A stretch of 62,806 bases of DNA from an uncultured Clostridia bacterium (GCA_947585215.1 CANPWY010000001.1:1-62806), one strand, 5' to 3'. Positions 17,054 through 25,809 are shown, numbered from the stretch's first letter. Numbers and translations are program-made. The notes: generated from the letters alone by a model not told the origin.

Positions 17054-18685
17054 ATGAAGGTAGTCATCTATGCTCGGTTTTCGAGCCACAGTCAGACAGA
17101 GCAGTCCATCGAAGGACAGTTGAAAGTCTGTTACGAATACGCCCAAAGCAACGGATATACCGTTGTTGACGAATATATCGACCGGGCGCAAAGCGGAAAG
17201 ACAGACAATCGGTTGGAGTTTCAGCGTATGATAGCCGACAGCGAGAAGCATACCTTTGAAGGTGTGCTGGTTTATCAGCTTGACCGCTTTGCCAGAAACC
17301 GCTATGACAGCGCCATCAACAAATCCAAATTAAAGAAAAACGGTGTGCGGGTCATCTCGGCTAAGGAGAATATCGCGGATGACCCATCGGGCATTTTGGT
17401 CGAGGGTGTGCTGGAAAGCATGGCGGAGTATTATTCTGCCGAGCTTTCTCAGAAAATCAACCGAGGTATGTCGATCAATGCGGAAAAATGCCTGTCCAAC
17501 GGCAGCAATCCGGGGCTTGGCTTCAAGGTCGATTCCGACCGGCGCTTTTATGTGGATGAAGATGAAGCCGCCATTGTGAGAGAGATTTTTGAACGGTATG
17601 CCGCCGGGGAAACAAAAACAGAGATCATAAGGGATTTACAGCGGCGCAAGGCGAAAACCTCATTGGGCAAGGAGTTCAGCAACAACAGCCTAAGCCGGCT
17701 TTTGAGCAACAAGCGCTATATCGGAGTGTATATGTATAAAGGACAGGAAACGCCGGGAGGAATGCCGAGAATTTTAGACGACGATTTGTTTTACCGGGTA
17801 CAGTCGATCCTGAACAAAAACAAATCCGCTCCTGCCCGTACCTACGGCGAAGGCGAATATCTCTTGACCACGAAGCTGTTTTGCGGCTACTGCAAAGAAA
17901 TGATGGTCGGGTACGGCGGTACGGGAAAGCGGGGGCGGCAATATCACTACTATAACTGCAAAAAAGCCAGAAAGAGAAAGTGCAAAAAGAAGATCGTTGC
18001 AAAACAGTTTATCGAAGACCGTGTCGTGGCAAAATGTCTGTCCCTGCTTACCGAAGAAAATATGGCGTTTATTGCAAAAGCCGTTGCGGAAGAATGCAGC
18101 AAAAGTCCCGACAGCTATTCGGTGAAGGCGTTAAAAAAGGCCATTCAAGAGGCAGACATCGCCATAGAGAATCTTTGGCGAGCCATCGAACAGGGACAAT
18201 CGGTCGCCATGCTGACGGAGCGACTGAATCAACGCAAAGCGGAGAAAGAAGAGCTGGAAGAACAGCTTGCCGTCGAGCAGAACAGGAATATCTGCCTGAC
18301 CGAGCCGCAAATCCATGCTTTTCTGGACTATGTTCGCAATCTGCCTGCAGACGATATTAACAAACGCCGGGCGATCATCAACATTTTTGTCCACTCGATC
18401 TACCTGTACGACGATTATTTTACCTTAATTCTCAATGCCGGCAGGCGGCCGCTGCGCGTTGAGAACATTCCGCTGGACGACATCGAAATGTCATTCGGCG
18501 GAGATACATATTTAGAGTACAGGTGTTCATCTATGAAAACCTCTGCTCCACCAGAAGGTCTGATGACCGGAAAAGGCTTGTTATCGAAAGATGACAAGCC
18601 TTTTTTCATATTCGGATCGATGCGTACCGGCATTTCCGCCCTCTATGCAGTTGCCCCGAACTATATAAACTTCACTGCCCGATAA
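17054..18685 (+). CDS. large serine recombinase (resolvase/invertase N-domain + recombinase + zinc-ribbon)
   Basis: MKVVIYARFSSHSQTEQSIEGQ.. contains the catalytic Ser context, and there is a ..CGYC..YYNC.. zinc ribbon. ATG at 17054 has GGAGG 6 nt upstream. Confidence 0.92.
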   Translation: MKVVIYARFSSHSQTEQSIEGQLKVCYEYAQSNGYTVVDEYIDRAQSGKTDNRLEFQRMIADSEKHTFEGVLVYQLDRFARNRYDSAINKSKLKKNGVRVISAKENIADDPSGILVEGVLESMAEYYSAELSQKINRGMSINAEKCLSNGSNPGLGFKVDSDRRFYVDEDEAAIVREIFERYAAGETKTEIIRDLQRRKAKTSLGKEFSNNSLSRLLSNKRYIGVYMYKGQETPGGMPRILDDDLFYRVQSILNKNKSAPARTYGEGEYLLTTKLFCGYCKEMMVGYGGTGKRGRQYHYYNCKKARKRKCKKKIVAKQFIEDRVVAKCLSLLTEENMAFIAKAVAEECSKSPDSYSVKALKKAIQEADIAIENLWRAIEQGQSVAMLTERLNQRKAEKEELEEQLAVEQNRNICLTEPQIHAFLDYVRNLPADDINKRRAIINIFVHSIYLYDDYFTLILNAGRRPLRVENIPLDDIEMSFGGDTYLEYRCSSMKTSAPPEGLMTGKGLLSKDDKPFFIFGSMRTGISALYAVAPNYINFTAR

Positions 18686-18904
18686 GAAAGCCGGCTGCTG
18701 CGGCATTATGTCGGCCTTTGATGCTATTTTTGACAGTGAGATCCCCGGTAAGGAAGCAACGTTGAATTTCTGCAAGAAGTACAAAAAGCAGGCGAAATGG
18801 AGTAGGAAGAGCTCCGCTTCGCCTGCCAAAATCATTATATTTGCAGTTTTAGACAGCCATATGCTTCCTTGCACTTGGCGTGAGACAGAGTTTTGACAGA
18901 TCGA

Positions 18905-18930
18905 GAGGGCGGCGCGAAAGCGCCGCCCTC
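18905..18930 (-). terminator. GC-rich hairpin downstream of the nucleotidase gene (no clear U-tract)
   Basis: GAGGGCGGCGC-GAAA-GCGCCGCCCTC is a perfect 11-bp stem. Confidence 0.45.
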
Positions 18931-18939
18931 TATTCAGGA

Positions 18940-21411
18940 TCACGCCTCGACGTACATCCGAAGCATCTGAGCGATCTCGGCTCTGGTGGCGATGCCGCGG
19001 GGGACGAGCGTTATGTCACGGCCGCTGATGATGTCGCTGTAGACGCACCAGGAAAGGGCGTCAACGGCCCACGCGGACGCCTCGCCCGCATCCGGGAAAT
19101 CGAGCTCCGCGCGCCCCGCGGGGGCGCCGTTTTTAGTCGTCTCATAGCGGAAAAGCATCTCCGCAAGCTCCTCACGGGTGATGAGGCTGTCCGGCAGGAA
19201 GCGTCCGCCGCTCCCCAGGGCTATGCCCTCGCTTGCCGCCCAGCGAACCGCCTCGGCATACCACGCGTCCTCCTCCACATCGGGGAACGGCATGGTGAAG
19301 TCAACGCTTTCTGCACCGTCCAGGTTCCAAATGGTCATGACCGCCTCGGCGCGGGTGGTGAAGCCGTTGGGATCGAAGGTCGCGGCGCTCTTGCCGGACA
19401 TGACTCCCTGCTCCCAGGCCCAGTTGACGGTGTCCCAGAACCAGTCGTCGCGGTCAACGTCCGTAAAGGCCATCGGCGGGACAACGGCAAACGAAAATTC
19501 GCAGTAACCGGTTTTTGTTGTCACGGTGCCGGAGCCGGAGTAGTTGTTCACATAGACCGGCGTGTCGCACTCGTCAAGGAAGATGGCGTGCGCCCCCTTG
19601 GGGACGGTGATGTTCAGCTTCCCATCCTCGTCCGTGACGTACGCTTTCGCCGCGCCGCCGTCAACGGAGGCGTGGACGGTTTCCCCGATCAACGGGTTGC
19701 CGCTCCGGCCTGTTACGGGGATGGAGACGGCGTACTCCGCCGGGGAGCGGTCGTTGGCATAGAGAATGCGGTTCTGGGTGACGGAGTATTCGAGGGGCTT
19801 CGTGCCGCCGGCTGTGAGCTCCAGGAGGTAGTCGCGGACGATGGAGTCCTCTCCGCCCAGCTCTCCAAGCTGCGTCCCGTCCGCTATACCGGCAACGGAG
19901 CTTGCCACGTAGCCGTTGGTGGCAAGAAGGATCGTCGTGGCGCTGTCTCCCCTGTCGAGCTTTGTGCCGTCATCCAAGACGACGCCGGTCACCTTCGCGC
20001 CGCTCTCACCCGCCGGGTCGTAGGTGTAGGTGAAGCCGCTGACCTGGAGGAAGCTGCCGCTGACCCTTTCGCGCTGGAGAAGTCCCGTCTCGTCCTGGCC
20101 TGTCATAGTAAGGCCCACCTCCAGCGCCGCGTAAAGCTGCGCCGGCGTGACGGACTTTATAACCACCATGTTCCCGTGGTTGAAGGCGTCCAGAATGTCG
20201 CCGTAGGTCACGTCGCCCCGGTACATCGGGACCGCGATGCCGCCGCCGTTCTCAACGGCCACCACGGGAAGATCCAGACCCTGAGTGTCCGCAAATTCAC
20301 CGGCGACCTGAGCAAAGGCGTCGGTAACAAGGTCGCCGTAGGCGGTCTCCACGATGCGGCTCTCGGAGTAGTCCCAATAGACGTTTCCGCCCCATACGGG
20401 GGTCTCGTTATAGATGAGCTTTCGATCCAGAAGGGCGCTCTGGGATTTCTTTATCCCGGCCAGCGTCTCGGTCATGACTTCCTTTACCCGCGCGAGCCTG
20501 CTTTCTTTGGCGTCGTCAAGGCCCTCAAAGCTGTATGCGGCGGCCTCGGCAGCGTCGATCACCTCGCCGGAGGCCGTGACAGTGCCATTGGAGAAGGTGA
20601 GCGTCAGATGGCCCATGGCGGAGAGCATCGTTCCGGCCTGCACCATGGGTACGGACTTGCCGCCGCGCTTGTAGGGCGTCCCGTCCTCCAAGGTGTGGCT
20701 GTGGCCGTCCACAACGGCCGTCACCAGCGCCAGCTCCTCATCGCTGAGTCCGTCCAGAAGCTGCGTGGACGTGGTCTCCACCGCCGCTTCGTTGTTCCCC
20801 ATGTGGCAGACGAGAACGATGGCGTCGGCCTTGCCCTTCAGCGCCGCAAGCTCCCGCTTGACGGCGGTGATCTCGCTTTCAAACTTCACGCCCTCAAGCC
20901 CTGCGGGGTTGGCGTTAGAGAGGGTATTGGCCGTAGTCACGCCGATGAACGCGATCTTCAGACCGGCGCGCTCCACAACAGTGTGCCCCTCAAAAAGCGG
21001 CTCCCCGTCCAGCGTCACGTTGGCGGAGACCACGGGGAAATTGGCGCACTCGGCGTTGGAGCGCAGCCGGCTCACGCCGAAATCAAACTCGTGGTTCCCG
21101 GGAACCATCACGTCATAGGCTGCGGCGTTCATCATCGTGATTACATCCTGACCCTCGCTGATGGTGGCGAAGGACGCGCCCTGGGTGGCGTCTCCGGCGT
21201 CTACAAGGATGGAGTTGTTCCCTGCCACTGCGATGGACGCCACCTGCTCAAGCCCGATGGCCGCGTCCCCCGCCTCCACCACGCCGTGGATGTCGTTGGT
21301 GGAGAAGATGTCCACCGTCACCGCCTCGGCCGCCAGCGCCGGCCCCGGCACGAGCGCCAGAAGCAGCGCGAGACACACAAAAAACGCTGTGATTTTCTTC
21401 ATTTTCAACAC
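18940..21411 (-). CDS. bifunctional metallophosphatase/5'-nucleotidase with C-terminal SLH cell-wall anchor
   Basis: Signal peptide; calcineurin-like motifs (..FSTNDIHG.., ..GNHEFDFG..); three SLH repeats at the C-terminus (FTDVDRDDWFWDTVNWAWEQG.., FPDVEEDAWYAEAVRWAASEG.., FPDAGEASAWAVDALSW..). Confidence 0.9.
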   Translation of the reverse strand: MLKMKKITAFFVCLALLLALVPGPALAAEAVTVDIFSTNDIHGVVEAGDAAIGLEQVASIAVAGNNSILVDAGDATQGASFATISEGQDVITMMNAAAYDVMVPGNHEFDFGVSRLRSNAECANFPVVSANVTLDGEPLFEGHTVVERAGLKIAFIGVTTANTLSNANPAGLEGVKFESEITAVKRELAALKGKADAIVLVCHMGNNEAAVETTSTQLLDGLSDEELALVTAVVDGHSHTLEDGTPYKRGGKSVPMVQAGTMLSAMGHLTLTFSNGTVTASGEVIDAAEAAAYSFEGLDDAKESRLARVKEVMTETLAGIKKSQSALLDRKLIYNETPVWGGNVYWDYSESRIVETAYGDLVTDAFAQVAGEFADTQGLDLPVVAVENGGGIAVPMYRGDVTYGDILDAFNHGNMVVIKSVTPAQLYAALEVGLTMTGQDETGLLQRERVSGSFLQVSGFTYTYDPAGESGAKVTGVVLDDGTKLDRGDSATTILLATNGYVASSVAGIADGTQLGELGGEDSIVRDYLLELTAGGTKPLEYSVTQNRILYANDRSPAEYAVSIPVTGRSGNPLIGETVHASVDGGAAKAYVTDEDGKLNITVPKGAHAIFLDECDTPVYVNNYSGSGTVTTKTGYCEFSFAVVPPMAFTDVDRDDWFWDTVNWAWEQGVMSGKSAATFDPNGFTTRAEAVMTIWNLDGAESVDFTMPFPDVEEDAWYAEAVRWAASEGIALGSGGRFLPDSLITREELAEMLFRYETTKNGAPAGRAELDFPDAGEASAWAVDALSWCVYSDIISGRDITLVPRGIATRAEIAQMLRMYVEA

Positions 21412-21566
21412 TCCTTTTTGAAAAATGGTCTTATAGCCCCTCGATCGTCTCCCACAGGAGCCTCTACGGGTCGCTTCCCCCGGATATCCGGCCGTCGAAA
21501 ACCGATGTGGGTTCGACTCCCGTCAGCTAAAAGGGTAGTACAGCGCGGGAAATTTGTCAATAGCCC

Positions 21567-21642
21567 TGTCCCGAAACGCAAAAAACACGACCTGAAATGC
21601 GCCAACATGCATTTCGGGTCGTGTTTTTGACGATTCGGGACA
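21567..21642. repeat. long imperfect palindrome (34-nt arms, 8-nt loop)
   Basis: The left arm at 21567-21600 pairs with the right arm at 21609-21642 in 30/34 positions. A second copy of the right arm alone lies at 29408-29441 (29/34 identical). Confidence 0.8.
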
Positions 21643-21648
21643 AAGTGG

Positions 21649-21677
21649 TTGACAAGCGGGCAGATTTTTCCGATACT
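21649..21677 (+). promoter_or_regulatory. candidate promoter of MT-STAS module 1/2 operon
   Basis: TTGACA (21649-21654), 17 nt, GATACT (21672-21677). The same arrangement is duplicated at 29448-29476. Confidence 0.5.
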
Positions 21678-21817
21678 GTAAGCGATAAATTCCGCCACTG
21701 CGATAGGATAATCGTGTTCGACGGAGGTCGCATCGCGGAGGACGGTACCTGCGACGAGCTTATCGCCCAAACGGCGTCTTCGCCGAGCTTGCGGCACGGC
21801 AAAGGCCGGATACGTAA
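21666..21817 (+). pseudogene. decayed C-terminal remnant of an ABC exporter ATPase
   Basis: ..SDKFRHCDRIIVFDGGRIAEDGTCDELIAQ matches the ..ADRIIVLxxGRIxExGTHxELxA tail of ABC exporters. After CAA(A) at about 21768-21771, the typical ending NGVFAELAARQRPDT* continues only in the +1 frame (1-nt deletion). No Walker motifs lie upstream. Confidence 0.55.
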
Positions 21818-21860
21818 GCCCCTTTGGGGCCTTTATATAGAGAGAAAGGGAGAAAACAAG

Positions 21861-23168
21861 ATGGATGAACTGAGAGAACGTACAAACCCCGTGTTCAACA
21901 CGGCCAAGGCCACGCTTTTGCATCTGACGGAGGCGGGGAACGCCGACGCCGCCATGATGGCGGAGACGCTGGGCCTTGATCTCAAGGGCATGACCCACAG
22001 CGACGAGGGAAAAACGGCAATGGGCCAGTCCAACGTTGCCATCGTGGAGCTGCGCTACCGCTCCATGAACGCTTTCATTGAGGCCACGGGCGCAAAGACT
22101 ATCGTGGACCTGCCCTGCGGCTACACGCCCAGAGCCCTGGAGGACTTTATCGCGGATAAGCGCTACATCGCCTGCGACCTCCCGGCGGTGGCGGAGGAGA
22201 TGGGTCCGCTGATAGAAGGGATATTGGCCCGGCGCGGCCAAAAGCGGGACGTTGCCTACCACGGCGTGGACGCCACAAACTACGCTTCCCTACGCTTTGC
22301 GCTGGAGGGGGCCCAGGGCTCGCTGTGCGTCACCACCGAGGGACTTTTGATGTACCTCACCGAGCCGGAGCTTGTCGCCCTCATGGACAACGTTTGGCGC
22401 GTTTTGAAAGAATTCGGCGGGGTGTGGATCACCCAGGACCCGGAGGTCGGGCGGGTGTACATAGCGATGACCGTGGCGGCCCAGAGCCGCGACCCTGCCG
22501 CCGCCAAAGCGGCTATGGAGGCCCTGGCCGACGGCGCCGACATGGGTACGGTCCTCAAGGCCATGGCGGGGGACCAGGGCCAGTCCACCCTGAACGCCTC
22601 CAAAAACACCTTTGGCGGCGCGGCGGACGTGAAATTCGGCAATGTCCTGAGCTACCGGCCGGAGCAGGCCGAGGCGGCAATGAAGGAGTCTCTCCGCGCC
22701 CATGGCCTTAAGGTGGAGCTGACGCCCCTGGCGGCGCGGATGCCGGAGCTTCAAAGCCTGTCCCCTGAGCGGACGGAGATCGCGCGTCACGCCCTGGAGC
22801 GGGTGAACCTCTGGACCGTCACCCCGGACGGGGCCGGGAGCGGGTCCGGCCCGGAGGCGGACGGCGCTTTCGGCGTGGAGACCGCCATAAACGGCCCGGA
22901 GCTCACCGTCACCCTCCAGGGCAGGGTGGACTCCCTCACCGCGCCGGAGTTCCTGGCGGCCTTTGAAAAGGCGGCGGAGGGGAGGACCCTGACGGCCGCG
23001 AAGGTGGATATGTCGAAGCTTGCGTACATCTCCTCCGCCGGTCTGCGGGTGCTGCTCATTATGACAAAGCGCGTTGGCGGGGGCCATGTGACTGTCACCG
23101 GGGCAAACGAGATCGTCCGCTCCATCTTTGAGCAGACGGGCTACGACGACATCCTGACAATTCAATGA
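21861..23168 (+). CDS. SAM-methyltransferase-like (LCMT/TcmP-like) - STAS domain fusion protein, paralogue 1
   Basis: 435 aa starting MDELRERTNPVFN.. (RBS GGGAG). Motifs IVDLPCGYTPRAL and TTEGLLMYLTEPE. C-terminal SpoIIAA-like STAS: ..VDMSKLAYISSAGLRVLLIMTKR..GANEIVRSIFEQTGYDDILTIQ. Confidence 0.8.
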   Translation: MDELRERTNPVFNTAKATLLHLTEAGNADAAMMAETLGLDLKGMTHSDEGKTAMGQSNVAIVELRYRSMNAFIEATGAKTIVDLPCGYTPRALEDFIADKRYIACDLPAVAEEMGPLIEGILARRGQKRDVAYHGVDATNYASLRFALEGAQGSLCVTTEGLLMYLTEPELVALMDNVWRVLKEFGGVWITQDPEVGRVYIAMTVAAQSRDPAAAKAAMEALADGADMGTVLKAMAGDQGQSTLNASKNTFGGAADVKFGNVLSYRPEQAEAAMKESLRAHGLKVELTPLAARMPELQSLSPERTEIARHALERVNLWTVTPDGAGSGSGPEADGAFGVETAINGPELTVTLQGRVDSLTAPEFLAAFEKAAEGRTLTAAKVDMSKLAYISSAGLRVLLIMTKRVGGGHVTVTGANEIVRSIFEQTGYDDILTIQ

Positions 23169-23192
23169 ACCTATCAAAAAGGAGCGATAAAT

Positions 23193-23420
23193 ATGGCGGA
23201 ACTGAACGAGAAAGACCTGGAGAAGGTCTCAGGCGGCACCTTGGAGATACCTGAGGAGACGATCAAAAAGTTGCACGTCCCGGTGGTCGATGCCAATCAC
23301 ACCTGCCCGCTCTTCGGCCGGGAGGACGGCACCGAAATGACCTGCTCCCACTGCATCCACGCCGTAGTCAGCGGGGGCGTCTACTACTGCGTGGACTACA
23401 TGTACAGCAAATATCATTAA
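23193..23420 (+). CDS. double-glycine-leader Cys-rich precursor-like peptide P1
   Basis: 75 aa with RBS AAGGAG. Leader is MAELNEKDLEKVSGG. The core has C-x13-CxxC-x12-C. Confidence 0.65.
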   Translation: MAELNEKDLEKVSGGTLEIPEETIKKLHVPVVDANHTCPLFGREDGTEMTCSHCIHAVVSGGVYYCVDYMYSKYH

Positions 23421-23491
23421 GAAAAAGGCGGTCGCGGTGAAAAAGCGGTTTACCGCGGCGATAGCGCGTAAATAAAAAGGAGACTCCTATC

Positions 23492-24808
23492 ATGGACAAC
23501 ATTCAAAAATTGCGAGAGGAAACCAACCCCGTATTCAACACGGCCAAGGCCACGCTGCTGCAGCTGGCTGAGGCGGGCCACGCGGACGCCGCCCTGATGG
23601 CGGCGAGGCTGGGTCTTGATCTGGCGGGCGTGACCTACAGCGACGAGGGGAAAAAGGCTATGAGCCGGTCCAACGTCGCCACTCTGGAGCTGCGATATCG
23701 CTCCATGAACGCCTTTATCGAGGCTACGGGCGCGAAGACCGTTGTGGACCTGCCCTGCGGCTATACGCCCCGGGCTTTGGAGGGCTTTATCGCCTATAAG
23801 CGCTACATCGCCTGCGACCTGCCGGCGGTAACGGACGAGATGGGCCCGCTGGTGGAGAAAATATTGGCCGAGCGGGGTCAGAAGCGAAAAGTAGCCTACC
23901 GCGGCGTGGACGCCACAAATTACGCCTCTCTCCGGGCGGCGCTGGAAGGGGTCGAAGGGCCGCTGTGCATCACTACCGAGGGACTTTTGATGTACCTCAC
24001 CGAGCCGGAGCTTGCCGCCCTGATGGACAATATCCGCCGCATTCTGGATGAGTTCGGCGGCGTGTGGATCACTCAGGACCCGGAGGTCAGCCGCGTGTAC
24101 ATATCTATGACCATGGTGGTCATGAACGACTCCGCCAAGGCAAAGGCGGCTGTGGAGGCTCTGGGCAGAAGCGCCAACATGAGCGAGGTTCTCAAAGCCA
24201 TGGCGGGCGACAAGGCTCAATCCGCCCTGAACGCCACCAAAAGCACCTTCAGCGGCGAGGCGGACGTAACATTTGGAAACGTGATGCTGGTCCGGGGCAC
24301 GCCGGAGCAGTTCGCCGCGGCGAAGGAGGCTCTCCGCGCCCACGGCCTGAAGGCAGAGCTGTCGCCTGTGGCGGAGCGGATGCCGAGGCTCGGGAGTCTG
24401 GACCCCGAGCGGACGGAGCTTGCCCGGCAGGCTATGGAGCACATCAACCTCTGGACCATCACCCCGGACGGGGCCGGGAGCGATCCCGCCGTGCGGACGG
24501 GCGGCGAATTCGGCGTGGAGACCGCCGTGAACGGCTCGGAGCTCACCGTCACCCTGCGCGGCCGGGTGGACTCGCTCACCGCGCCGGAGTTCCTCGCCGC
24601 CTTTGAAAAGGTCGCCGGGGAGAACACGCTCACCGCCGCGACGGTGGATATGAGCGGTCTTGAGTACATCTCCTCCGCCGGGCTCCGCGTCCTGCTCATT
24701 ATGACAAAGCGCCTCGGCGCGGGCAGCGTGACCGTCACCGGCGCAAACGAGCTCGTCCGCTCCATCTTCGAGCAGACCGGCTATGACGACATACTGACAA
24801 TTCGGTGA
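23492..24808 (+). CDS. SAM-methyltransferase-like - STAS fusion protein, paralogue 2
   Basis: 438 aa, collinear with paralogue 1 (VVDLPCGYTPRAL, TTEGLLMYLTEPE, YISSAGLRVLLIMTKR). Confidence 0.8.
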   Translation: MDNIQKLREETNPVFNTAKATLLQLAEAGHADAALMAARLGLDLAGVTYSDEGKKAMSRSNVATLELRYRSMNAFIEATGAKTVVDLPCGYTPRALEGFIAYKRYIACDLPAVTDEMGPLVEKILAERGQKRKVAYRGVDATNYASLRAALEGVEGPLCITTEGLLMYLTEPELAALMDNIRRILDEFGGVWITQDPEVSRVYISMTMVVMNDSAKAKAAVEALGRSANMSEVLKAMAGDKAQSALNATKSTFSGEADVTFGNVMLVRGTPEQFAAAKEALRAHGLKAELSPVAERMPRLGSLDPERTELARQAMEHINLWTITPDGAGSDPAVRTGGEFGVETAVNGSELTVTLRGRVDSLTAPEFLAAFEKVAGENTLTAATVDMSGLEYISSAGLRVLLIMTKRLGAGSVTVTGANELVRSIFEQTGYDDILTIR

Positions 24809-24827
24809 CCGTGGGGAGGGAAAAGAG

Positions 24828-25571
24828 ATGTCCGCTGTGAAAAAACATGCCATACGGCTGGCGGCGCTGGCGCTGGCGGTGTTCCCGGTTCTGGGTGCGT
24901 GCGGTAAGGCGGAGACAAAGAGCGTCTCCCCGGAGGACGCCTCGGGCTTCGTCTCGCTGGCGGAGGCGGTGCCGGACGTTATCTTGGAGATACGCTACTA
25001 CTCCACCTACAACTTCGTGGGCGACAGAATAGCGGGCTACGAGGAGCCGTGCGCCCTCCTGACCTGCGAGGCGGCGGAGGCGCTGAAGGGCGCGGCCGCC
25101 GACGCGATGGAACAGGGATACCGCCTGAAGGTCTACGACGCCTACCGCCCACAGACGGCGGTGGACAACTTCGTGGAGTGGGCGGAGGACACGGACGACA
25201 CCCGCATGAAGGCGTATTTTTACCCGGAGCTTGACAAGTCCGTCCTCTTTGAACAGGGCTACATCGCCGCCAAGTCCGGCCACAGCCGGGGGAGCACTTT
25301 GGACCTGACCCTCTTTGACATGGCCGCAGGCAAGGAGCTGGACATGGGCGGCACCTTCGACTACTTCGGGGAGCTCAGCCACCCCGACTATGTGGGGGAC
25401 CTGACGGCGGAACAAATCGAAAACCGCAATATTCTCCGGGACATCATGGTGACTAACGGCTTTAACCCCTTGGCCGAGGAGTGGTGGCACTTCACATTAG
25501 CCGACGAGCCCTACCCGGACACCTATTTCACTTTCCCGGTCTCGAGCGAGTCCGTGACAACCGACAAATAA
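24828..25571 (+). CDS. VanX/DdpX-type D-Ala-D-Ala dipeptidase (peptidase M15D) with lipoprotein signal
   Basis: Lipobox VLGAC. Motifs ..KSGHSRGSTLDLTLF.. and ..EEWWHFTL.. match VanX zinc/catalytic motifs. Confidence 0.85.
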   Translation: MSAVKKHAIRLAALALAVFPVLGACGKAETKSVSPEDASGFVSLAEAVPDVILEIRYYSTYNFVGDRIAGYEEPCALLTCEAAEALKGAAADAMEQGYRLKVYDAYRPQTAVDNFVEWAEDTDDTRMKAYFYPELDKSVLFEQGYIAAKSGHSRGSTLDLTLFDMAAGKELDMGGTFDYFGELSHPDYVGDLTAEQIENRNILRDIMVTNGFNPLAEEWWHFTLADEPYPDTYFTFPVSSESVTTDK

Positions 25572-25590
25572 CCCTGAAGGAGGAAAAAAC

Positions 25591-25809
25591 ATGACTGACG
25601 AGAAGAAAACGGCGCCGGACGCCCTGAACGAAGAGGCTCTGGAGAAGGTCTCCGGCGGAATCAGAGCTTCAGATGTCCAATGTTTTATGCAGAATAACTG
25701 CAATTATTGCCGCCGCATTATTGACTGGACCTGTCCCTACGGCTCAATAGAGAAGACAGTTGAGAAATTGGGAAGGTACGGCAGTTGCCCCGAGAAGGAG
25801 ATGTTCTGA
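25591..25809 (+). CDS. double-glycine-leader Cys-rich precursor-like peptide P2
   Basis: 72 aa with RBS GAAGGAGGA. Leader is ..[11 protein letters not shown]. Core is C-x6-CNYC-x7-CPY..C. Confidence 0.65.
   Translation: MTDEKKTAPDALNEEALEKVSGGIRASDVQCFMQNNCNYCRRIIDWTCPYGSIEKTVEKLGRYGSCPEKEMF

Larger units (their letters stand above)
13230..18900. mobile_element. integrative mobilizable element (serine-recombinase type); boundaries approximate
   Basis: A contiguous plus-strand block: sigma-region-4 regulator, MobC, relaxase, ParB-like, small ORF, large serine recombinase. It is visibly less GC-rich than its flanks and lies between two convergent chromosomal genes. att sites were not identified. 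Confidence 0.7.

Noticed and set aside
18581-18943. 120-aa minus-strand ORF at the right end of the mobilizable element
   Set aside because: It overlaps the recombinase 3' end and an intergenic hairpin. It has no RBS or motifs.
21500-21525. GTGGGTTCGACTCCCGT, a T-arm-like motif suggesting a tRNA or tRNA remnant
   Set aside because: The stem would need two G-U pairs. No acceptor, anticodon arm or CCA could be folded around it. It lies in the 5' leader region of the nucleotidase gene (opposite strand), and I could not assign that region to a riboswitch class either.
18880-21630. 916-aa plus-strand ORF
   Set aside because: It lies antisense to the well-supported SLH 5'-nucleotidase gene. Its Arg/Gly/His/Val-rich composition has no motifs. 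It is a typical shadow ORF of GC-rich DNA.
23450-24853. 467-aa minus-strand ORF
   Set aside because: It is antisense to MT-STAS paralogue 2. It has shadow-ORF composition and no motifs.
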